Shown here one piece after another: positions 1 to 10,040 of a DNA stretch of 55,444 nucleotides. Made by a program: the position numbers and the translations under genes. Numbering within the stretch: the stretch's first letter is position 1; the number at the start of each line of letters is the position of its first letter. The DNA is from Octopus bimaculoides (Eukaryota). Location: contig NC_068989.1 in NCBI RefSeq assembly GCF_001194135.2, positions 51,194,764 to 51,250,207 on the forward strand, written 5' to 3'. Under the pieces are notes generated by a model. It searched no databases. It worked only from the letters and a program-made list of their open reading frames with translations, and was not told the DNA's origin.

Positions 1-330
1 GAGAGGAAGAGAAAGCGAGGAATAGAAAGAGAGTGAGAGAGAGGGAAGAGGGGTATGGGGGGAGAAAGAGAGGAAGAGAAAGAGAGTGAGAGAGAGGGGA
101 AGAGAGTGAGAGAGTAAGGATGAGAGAGTAAGAGAGTAAGAGTGTAGAGAGTAAGAGTGAGAGAGAGTAAGAGAGAGGAGAGAAAGAGTAGGGGTGAAGA
201 GAAGTAGGAGTGGAGAGAAGTAGGAAGAGAAGTTGGAGTGAAGAGAAGTAGGAAGAGAAGTGGGAAGAGAAGTAGGAATGAAGAGAAGTAGGAAGAGAAG
301 TAGGAAGAGAAGTTGGAGTGAAGAGAAGTA
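1..330. repeat. Polypurine (GA-rich) low-complexity tract with GAAGAGAAGTAG-type units
   Basis: Plus strand is nearly all G/A, with recurring gaagagaagtag/ttggagt units. Confidence 0.9.
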
Positions 331-384
331 TATATATATATACATACATGCATACATATGATAGGATTAATTTATCTTTTGTAT

Positions 385-590
<206 letters not shown>

Positions 591-1420
591 TCTCTGTCTA
601 TCTATTCATCTATATATCTGTCTATCTAACTACCTATCTAATATTTCTTGAAATGGAGAAAGAGTGATGCAGAGGGCGAGAGGGAAAAACAAAAAACATA
701 ATGACTTGGGGGAGAAATACTGAGGAGAGATATGTTAGTGCTCTCTCGATTTGGAAAATCGTAAGTATATTTTACTGAACTGAGTTAACTCAATCTTTCT
801 GAATCAATTGTTTTCTCTGTCTGAATATAGTTCCTAAGTAGGAATTCTTTCATCTGAGCCCTAATGACCGTTTACTTTGAAAAAGTAGTAATTTTTTTCT
901 TTAGTTAAATGCGTATAATCTTATGCAGTTATTCAAACTTTCACGTGTCAGGTATACGCCAGAGATTGCTTTATCTGTCTTTCTCTAAAGTTAAACAACA
1001 CATTAAATTCGGAATTATTGTAGCATAAGTTTAACTTTATATATCTAAGATTCTTTTACATTGCCAAGCGAATAATTTGAAATTCGATAAATCATAGTGC
1101 ATTCTATTTAACCGAATATATTGCTATTCAAGCTTCTGCACAGCAAAGAAAGATGAAAGACGGAGACTATCGCGTGAAATGTCTAAGTCAAATAGATGAA
1201 GCAATTAATTTCTGAAGAGATGATTACTTTTTAAACAGCAGCTGACAAGAATTGTTCTCTTTATAACAAGTCATAAGTATTTTGGTGTATATCATGATGG
1301 ATAATAATTAATGATATGATTGTGCAACATAGACGTAAAACTGGTGATTATAAATATAGCATCAACATAATTATGGGATTGTGAATTTTAAGTGACATTT
1401 CACTCACTATTTTGTATGAA

Positions 1421-1598
1421 GTAACGTACTAACCATTGTTTAAAAATAAAACCAATTACTTTTAAGAAGGCAACACATTAAGTTGGGGTGAATTCTGCTG
1501 CAGATGGAGATGATGATTATGAGACGAAAAATTGTATTTCTATTAAATTTAAAAAAAAAATAATTGGTTTTATTTTTAAACAATGGTTAGTACATTAC
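1421..1598. mobile_element. MITE-like foldback with 38-bp inverted repeats
   Basis: 1421-1458 gtaacgtactaaccattgtttaaaaataaaaccaatta is the reverse complement of 1561-1598 with one mismatch; spacer about 100 bp. Confidence 0.7.
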
Positions 1599-1682
1599 CT
1601 TATCACATGATTTCCAAATTTGGTCTAAAAAAGATCTTGTTTTTCCTCAGAGGTTTCCACAATTGCTAAACTACTTCATTCT

Positions 1683-2265
1683 TTGAGTGTATCTTGCCAA
1701 AGAAAGGTATGGCTTGCTGCTCGGATTCCTGCATATTTCATTAATATAGTACTTTTGTGCAGATGTTCGATTTACATTTTGGCTCTCATTTCTAGCAATT
1801 ATAGGTGGTATTTTGCACTCTCATTTATTAATTTTACCTTTTTGGTTTTAATAGCTAAAGCAGCCTATATTATATGCTTAATATATCTTAATACGTTAAT
1901 ATATCATTATAATATCTTATCGTATGTTACTATACACTTTAACCGTTTTGAATATTAGCGCTCGTTTTTCAACCGTTTTTCCTCTTGAACGAATGGGAGA
2001 CAGGCTGTTTCTTTTAATCCGGAGTAATTGTGGAAACATGTGGCGAGAAATAAGATCTTTTTTGATCAAATCTCGAAATCATGTGACACGGTTTTATAAC
2101 ACTATTTCATCCTGTGAGTGTATCTTGCGAAAGAAAGATGCTGTGGGTTGCTGCTCGCAGTCCCGATTATTTTATGTCGATTGTGCTTTTGTGTGGCCGT
2201 TCGAGTGAAATTTTGGGCCTCATTTCTAGCAACTGTAGGTGTTATTTTAGACTCTCATTTATTAA
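1683..2265. repeat. Diverged direct duplication (about 1683-1830 and 2113-2265)
   Basis: Both copies read gagtgtatcttgc.aaagaaag...tgctgctcg...catttctagcaa.t.taggt...actctcatttattaat; the two spurious ORFs are similar (MSVSCQRKVWLAARIP vs MSVSCERKMLWVAARSP). Confidence 0.8.
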
Positions 2266-2282
2266 TCATACACGCACACGAG

Positions 2283-2313
<31 letters not shown>

Positions 2314-2340
2314 GCACAATTGTCAATAAGTATAACTAAA

Positions 2341-3020
2341 GATGCCGTAGCACCTACTATGCTAGAAATAAGTGTTAAAATACTCTTAATTCTGTAGAAG
2401 GATCGCAGAAAGTATGCACCTATGCTGACAAGGAAGGCAACCGCTACATGATCGACTTGAGGATCCCCAATGAAGATCGACATTCACCTATAAGAGTAGG
2501 CCCCTTCAGTGAGAACTACTCGAACGATACATCATCGGCAAATTCCCTGTCCTGTCAGCATGTATCTATTTGGCATAAAAATTTATGGATCATTTCGCGA
2601 AACACTAATGTGTATACTAAACCTTATTATAAAGAGCCAGGCGCAATAAGATACCATACAAGAAGAATGCAAATGTGACAAAAGTCTGACAAAGAATGCT
2701 AGATGCTAAAGCAACTACATTGCTAGAAATAAGAGTTAAAATACTCTCAATGCTGTAGGAAGAGGGCAAGATATATACACACACATGCTAATAAGGAAAG
2801 TCTTCAGGCAAAAGGCATGTATGCTGGCAGAGGAAATTAGCAGATCATGCACTGTTCAAGCTGTCATCACTGACGATGCCAACAGTCTGTATGTGAAATT
2901 ACATCTCGTGTGGGGACCCTCGAATCGGTCATGGGATGGCTGCCTCCCCTCGCAGCATGTGTTTATACATTCTGCGCTCCTCCTACGGTATTGAGAGTAT
3001 GTAAACATCTATTTCTAGCC
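2341..3020 (+). repeat. Diverged tandem dimer of a ~360-bp unit
   Basis: Heads gcacctactatgctagaaataagtgttaaaatactc (about 2350) and gcaactacattgctagaaataagagttaaaatactc (about 2711), 361 bp apart. Further collinear patches include ctcgaa and cct.(g/t)cagcatgt. Confidence 0.65.
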
Positions 3021-3167
3021 ACCTGGTTGCCACGGCATTCATAGTCACAGTTAGGGACGATTAAAATTTTTCTATTTGGTATCACACTGCACCTGGTTAT
3101 GTATACTAAAAATATATATACATATATATACACAGATATATAAACATATATATACATATATATATGG

Positions 3168-3248
<81 letters not shown>

Positions 3249-4391
3249 TGTGTTTGTGTTTGTGTGTATGTGTATAGCGTCATTATTAAAATACCATCTA
3301 CATAACGTGTTAGCAACTTAAATTTACGACAGTTTTTTCCAAATTAAATTCATCTTTTATTCATTGGAACAAAAGGAAAATCGTCCTGATGGAGACTAGT
3401 CAGAAAGTTCTATATATTTCGATCTTGTGCTTTTTCGATAACACGTATTTCAACGACGTACTTCCAATAATAATGACTCTATATGGGTGGGATGTTATTC
3501 CCAATAGTAATAAATAAATTTCAGTTTTCCTAAATATTGGAGAAAACATATTTCGTCTAGGCATATTGCTGGCTGTAATTTCACACGATTGATAAGTATC
3601 AATGCAGCCCAAATGCACATGGTGTTCACGCTGGTAGCTGCTGAGGACATTTCAATCTACCTGCGATATATATATTAAACACATATTCGAAAACAATATT
3701 CTTTTAGAAGACACACCATAGTTACTTGCCTTTTCACGATGTAATTAGACTATGCATGACATATAGATAATGATACACACATGTATGCATATACATANNN
3801 NNNNNNNNNNNNNNNNNNNNNNNNNNNNNNNNNNNNNNNNNNNNNNNNNNNNNNNNNNNNNNNNNNNNNNNNNNNNNNNNNNNNNNNNNNNNNNNNNNNN
3901 NNNNNNNNNNNNNNNNNNNNNNNNNNNNNNNNNNNNNNNNNNNNNNNNNNNNNNNNNNNNNNNNNNNNNNNNNNNNNNNNNNNNNNNNNNNNNNNNNNNN
4001 NNNNNNNNNNNNNNNNNNNNNNNNNNNNNNNNNNNNNNNNNNNNNNNNNNNNNNNNNNNNNNNNNNNNNNNNNNNNNNNNNNNNNNNNNNNNNNNNNNNN
4101 NNNNNNNNNNNNNNNNNNNNNNNNNNNNNNNNNNNNNNNNNNNNNNNNNNNNNNNNNNNNNNNNNNNNNNNNNNNNNNNTTTAGTTAATTTAGTTAATTT
4201 TAGAGAAAAAAATGTAGTTTAGAATCAGGAGTTCTTTGACTGCTATTTCTAAATTTTCAGTATGTTGGAGAAGCAACTCAATTGCTAATCCCTTATATTT
4301 ATGATGATATATATATATATATATATATATACACATGAACGCACACACACGCATACACGTGAATATATGTATATTTACATATATACATATG

Positions 4392-4425
<34 letters not shown>

Positions 4426-5120
4426 TAAAATCATTTTAAGCAACATGATATCAAGAAGTAATGTAGTACGTCTAATTCATTGAACAATGCAATCATTATT
4501 TCAATTTAAATGCAGGACTATCCTTAGCTGCACAAATAAATAAATAAATAGAATGTTAATCAGTCGGATACGTTACTATAATTTTACTCAAATACTCTAA
4601 TAGACCAAGAAGATAGAAAAAATTCATGTTGTCGCTATTGTAGCTAAGAATATACTACACTTCCAAGAAATGTATAGCTTGTAACGGTCATAGCTTGTAA
4701 AGGATTGTGATTAATTTTTAATTTATTCATCTTTTCATCAACTATTAAATCTAAGACTAGAGGACTGTGTCTGTTTAGAATAGAGAACACGAGTGCGTTG
4801 ACAGCTCATAGCTAGGTATGGTCATAAATTTTGTGAAGATTTTAGGAGTACTATAAAGTAACTGTCCATAAAGGAGGCTAGTTAGGGGAAGACCCCGAAT
4901 CAAGATGTTAATTACCAGTTAAAGGGGCAAGATGTTAATAAAACATATGGTGTTAATACAGAGGAAATTTTACCGTAGGAACTATGGGTGATTTATTTTT
5001 ATTATATTCACCTTACTTTGAGCTGTACGGATAATATAGATATGTATACGTACATGCATATATATATATATATATAAAGAGAAGTAAGGACCAAAATCGT
5101 TGAAACACTGTTTCATACAG

Positions 5121-5158
5121 ACACTGCACCGACATTTGTACAAATGTCGGTGCAGTGT
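5121..5158. repeat. Perfect 38-bp spacerless palindrome
   Basis: acactgcaccgacatttgtacaaatgtcggtgcagtgt equals its own reverse complement. Confidence 0.95.
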
Positions 5159-6689
5159 TTTATGATCTGACTTACTTCGTACGTATTAATCGTAAGTAAT
5201 ATGATAACCATCTTTCCATCAGGTACAAAGTGCAATGCATAATGCAACTAGCATGTTCTCACTGGAATTCGCCAAAATATATTTATTCATACACTGAACG
5301 AAATTAATGATTTTATAACCAATTAAGAATATAATCGATGTAAATACACAATTATACAATAATATCTCGAAGCTCTACAATTTGTACGATATGCAGTTGG
5401 AAATTATGCTGTATGACAAAATAACTGTACTTAAAAAGTAAATACTTTCGATGACAAAGAGTTGAATATATATATATATATANNNNNNNNNNNNNNNNNN
5501 NNNNNNNNNNNNNNNNNNNNNNNNNNNNNNNNNNNNNNNNNNNNNNNNNNNNNNNNNNNNNNNNNNNNNNNNNNNNNNNNNNNNNNNNNNNNNNNNNNNN
5601 NNNNNNNNNNNNNNNNNNNNNNNNNNNNNNNNNNNNNNNNNNNNNNNNNNNNNNNNNNNNNNNNNNNNNNNNNNNNNNNNNNNNNNNNNNNNNNNNNNNN
5701 NNNNNNNNNNNNNNNNNNNNNNNNNNNNNNNNNNNNNNNNNNNNNNAGTACAGAGGAAAAAGTGAAAGATGCATGTAGATGTACATGGAATGTGTAAGAG
5801 AGAGGGAGAGAGAGAAAGAGAGAGATAAAAAAGAGAGGGAGACTGAGTGATGTGGTGTGTTGTCATGTATACGTACATAATACATATGCGTACATATTTT
5901 CTGGATGCACGTGTGCATGTGTGTGCGTGAGAGAGAGAGAGAGAGAGAGTGAGTGAGTGAGTGCACGTGCGTGTTCTCATATGGCACTCTTTTCCCTCTT
6001 TTTCTTTCTCTCTCTCTCTCTCACAGACCCACATACACCCGTTCATTTCATATATCTTTCACTTTCTCCTCTCTTTCAATTTAAAACAAAAGTAAATAAA
6101 TAAAAGTTCTTGACAAAAATTAACGAACCAAAGTAGCTGATCCGGATGACATTTCTGAGAGTGAAAGCGACAGTTCTGAGAGTGAAAGCGAAAGATCATC
6201 TAAGGGAATGCCATTACAAAAAATGTTTGGAGTGCATTCAACGTGTTCCAGGTCCAAAGATTTGGCTGCTATTTCTGGCAAGCCCTGCTACCATGTAAGA
6301 ACTATTTGCGATAAAGGACCTAAAATACTTGTTACGTGGTAACAAGGCGTGCCAGAAATTACAGCCAAAATTTTCTATGCTAGGGAAAGGGGCCGTTTAA
6401 GCGTGACTGCGATGTCACATTTATTGAAAGCCTGTGAAATAACCAGGAAAAGGAAAAAAAAACGTTGTTGGAGTACTGAGACTTTCCAGATGACTCAATA
6501 GGTCACGAGCAGTTTACCATATTTATATATATATATATTTATATACATACATATATATATATGTGTGTATGAGTATGTGTGTATGAGATAATGGTATTTT
6601 CCCGGTGTGCTAGTGATTCTACCACCTCACACATATATCTGCAAGCATATATACATAATATACCTACAAACATACACCCACAAACACTC

Positions 6690-8260
6690 ACACAGGCGCA
6701 TGTGATATTGATAATAAGTAGAATCAAGAATTTGAACATTCAAGCTTCAAGTTTATTTGTAATTGGTATATTAATAATAATTTTCCGACACGTGTTTCGA
6801 TCGCATTAATTGCATATGTATATGGTTTGACATTTATATATGCAATAATGCGAAATTTCGCATCTGCCTGGTTATTACATCGCAACTCATACTGCATATA
6901 TATATATACACGACGGATTCCTTTCAGTTTCCGTCTACCAAATCCACTCCGAATATATTGGTCGGCCGGAGGCTATAGTAGAAGATACTTGCCCAAGTTG
7001 CCACGCACTGGTACTGAGCCAGGAACCATGTAGTTATGATGCAAACCTCTTACCACACAGCTACTTATGCACACACACACACACATACATCAGATGAATA
7101 TATTTGTATATATATATACATCAGTTGAAAAAAGTTACATGTTCTGCTTTTAGCGTTATTTTATTAATGTATTTGAAAAGCAAAGCTTTTTACAATGGTG
7201 AAGTGTGTTAACATAAGAAAGATATTTAGTAATATTCATAAAGTTCAATTAGCGCTTTCATACGTTCGTAGTAATGATCAGATTTTAAAATGTATTAGCT
7301 GACAGTTGAGTTGAGTTCTTGACACCTGTTGTAAAATGATTGACGTTTTCCTTTGTATACCTTTTAGAAGGCTCCCGCAAGCTGGATTTTTCGAAAATGT
7401 TTTGAATTCTCAGCAAGCGACTTGATCGTCACGGTTTGCCGGGCGCAACGATTATTACTGGCATAGATCTTGCCTTTATTTTAATCAGTTAGCTTGCGTT
7501 TTACATGTCATGGTTTTATGAGTGTGCAAACTTAGTTGGCTTCGATCGTTTGTATTTCAATCGTTGGGAGTCTTCTGTAATTTGTTTATATTCATATGTT
7601 AAAGGTATTTTTTAATCCACATCATTAACAGCTTGTTATTCCTGCTCAAAACAGGTTTGAGCATTTTAATAAAACGTTTTTCTTTTTTTTTTTTTCTTCC
7701 AACCACATTTGTGTCATGTAATTTGTCGAATGGAAAAAGGGAAACATTTTCTGACCACATGTTTCTATATGTTCGGTGAATGGAATTTTGCGAAGATTAG
7801 TGTTCTGGATATGTTGACTGTGAACACGTGAGCATTCCGATAATGCATTCCCTGTCTCGCCAATATATATTTCCTCTCAATTAGGGCATTTAATGTAGTA
7901 GATCATATCTGCAGTTGTGAAAATCTGTCCATTTTTTGTGCTAATGTATCTATCAACATGCATGTATTGACAAGTTCCGCATCTGTTATCATGGATACTG
8001 TGAATGATGTATCCCGTTTGTTGATGCTGAATGCTGTCTGCATTTTGTGATTGGCAAATTTGTTTTTAAGATGTTAAAAATGTTTTGGTGATGTGGATTG
8101 TGTGTTACCTGAAAAGTTATTGGGTTCCGTAGATGGGTATACATTTAAATAGGTTGTAACTTTATTCAATTGATATATTATTATATACACACACAAATTC
8201 GGAATATATATATATAAGCAATAATAAATCTCTGCACGAGGTATAAACAGTAGGTTCATG
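6690..8260 (-). mobile_element. Penelope-like element (family A), decayed 3' part with GIY-YIG endonuclease; interrupted by a SINE
   Basis: Minus translation of about 7990-7620: RCGTCQYM...ADMIYYIKCPN*EEIYIGETGNALSECSRVHSQHIQNTNLRKIPFTEHIETCGQKMFPFFPF...RFIKMLKPVL. This is a typical PLE Cys motif plus GIY-YIG. A hammerhead 3' half (GAAACacgtGTC) lies at 6787-6798. Confidence 0.8.
6909..7066 (-). mobile_element. tRNA-derived SINE family 1
   Basis: Collinear with 54176-54336 (ctttcagtttccgtctaccaaatccact...ggaaccatgt...cttaccacacagc). The minus head has A/B-box-like motifs and the tail runs into (TA)n. Confidence 0.9.
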
Positions 8261-8409
8261 ACAACGTGAAGTATATTTGCTACTTAAATGCGGCTAACCA
8301 CTAAGGATGAATGCTACTGTAGCTTGTAGCCCCAGGAGAACATCTTCTCCAACAGGCAGTTAAGTGGCAAATATACTATATATATAAATAAATGCATACA
8401 TACATACAT

Positions 8410-8439
<30 letters not shown>

Positions 8440-8441
<2 letters not shown>

Positions 8442-8600
8442 GTATCAAGAACATAACCTGTAAGTAGTCTTTCTAGTTTGCATTTGACGTGTATTTTTGT
8501 TCTAATGGATCTACTAATATGCGTGTATTGACACGTTCCACATCTGTTATAATTTCACTTCGATACTGTTTGTTCATGCTGAATAGTTATGTGCAGGAGT
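8440..8600 (-). mobile_element. Second PLE family A fragment (Cys-motif region)
   Basis: ctaatggatctactaatatgcgtgtattgacacgttcccacatctgttat is similar to ctaatgtatctatcaacatgcatgtattgacaagttccgcatctgttat at about 7942-7990. Confidence 0.6.
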
Positions 8601-8884
8601 TTTCACAAAAATAAAATTATTATTACGCGCTGTATTTCAAAGTTACGATGGGTACAATAATTTTATAATACAACATTAAAAAATATGTATACTGCATAGC
8701 ATTACTAACGGACGTCCCAAATATTAAATCTACATAATATGTCCTAACGAATAATCTACTTGATGTTATGCAACTTTTGGTAACATACACATTATTTCTA
8801 TAGTGCAGTTCTTGTGACTATGTGACATATATTCAGGACATTAATTTTACTCATGCACTCAACTCCGTTTTGAATTTTTAATGA

Positions 8885-9000
8885 TTGCCACTTCGTCTGC
8901 CTTTCATACTTTCGGGGTTTGACTCTCGTGTCGATATAAGCAAGTAGCCCCCGCCGCCAAATTTTCAGGCCTTATGCCTATAATAGAAGCGATTACCATT
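8885..9000 (+). mobile_element. SINE family 2, 3' fragment
   Basis: gcctttcatactttcgggg...ccgccaaattttcaggccttatgcctataatagaa matches the body and tail of the other family 2 copies. Confidence 0.65.
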
Positions 9001-9200
9001 CTTCTTCTTCTTCTTCTTCTTCTTCTTCTTCTTCTTCNNNNNNNNNNCTTCTTCTTCTTCTTCTTCTTCTTCTTCTTCTTCTTCTTCTTCTTCTTCTTCT
9101 TCTTCTTCTTCTTCTCCTCTTCTTCATTATTATTACTATTATGAGTATCATTATCAGTAGAAGTAGTAGTAATATTAGTAGTAGTAGTAGAAGTATCACA
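9000..9200. repeat. (CTT)n microsatellite followed by (TAT)/(TAG) repeats
   Basis: Direct inspection; contains a 10-N gap. Confidence 0.95.
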
Positions 9201-9984
9201 TTGATGAATATGACGATGGTAATTGTCTATGGTGATGGATGGAATTGGGTGAAGGCCATGCAGGTTGAAGACTCCTTGTAGAATCGTCATCAGTAATGAT
9301 TGAATGTGTCTATGCATTTGACGTAACATCATCTGCTGGAATTATCCTGCATATTTCTAGCTGTTCCATGTAATTATGACGTGCAGATTACACTTCAGAT
9401 ATGCAACCTGAAAATTCAATAAAATGCAATGTTGTGATTTTCATTCAACATAATTATTTAATAACACCAATCTTGCTTTATGCATCAATATTCTTTAATA
9501 ACTATCATTCTTAAGACTACATGACGGTTACTTTCCAATATGTTTTCATATCTTTCTTTATGTAATGCTACATGTCGCGTTTATTTTCAGGTCCTTAACA
9601 ATTGATAATCATACACCTCTGTGATTATATTTCAATCTTCAAGCGTTTAATTTACGCCACAGCGTCTTACACCTGTATAATTTTGTATAATATATATTAC
9701 ATTACCATCTTTCTCTATCTGTCAGTCTGCCTGTCTGTTTTTATGTCTGCCTGTCTGTTTTTGTGTATGTCTGCCTACCTGTGTCCCTCTCTCTCTCTAT
9801 TCGATATAATTGTAAAAATTACATGTTTATTACGGACTTGACTTCTGCCAACACATGCCTGTCTGTGTGTCCATCTATCTCTGTCTACCTGTCTCTCTAG
9901 CTCTTTTTATATATGTATATATAAATGTATATATATATTTGAATATACATACACACACACATACATAGATACATAGATACATAC

Positions 9985-10036
<52 letters not shown>

Positions 10037-10040
10037 AAAG

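Noticed and set aside
3376-3420. Hammerhead-like CTGATGG-agactagtc-a-GAAA
   Set aside because: A9 is substituted, stem II cannot close with a viable loop, and there is no stem I/III; likely chance.
3490-3650. Short minus ORF MSSAATSVNTMCIWAALILINRVKLQPAICLDE... resembling a signal peptide
   Set aside because: Only about 51 codons, charged residues in the hydrophobic core, and no supporting splice or homology evidence.
8904-9332. ORFs with poly-K/R/E
   Set aside because: Driven by the (CTT)n microsatellite.
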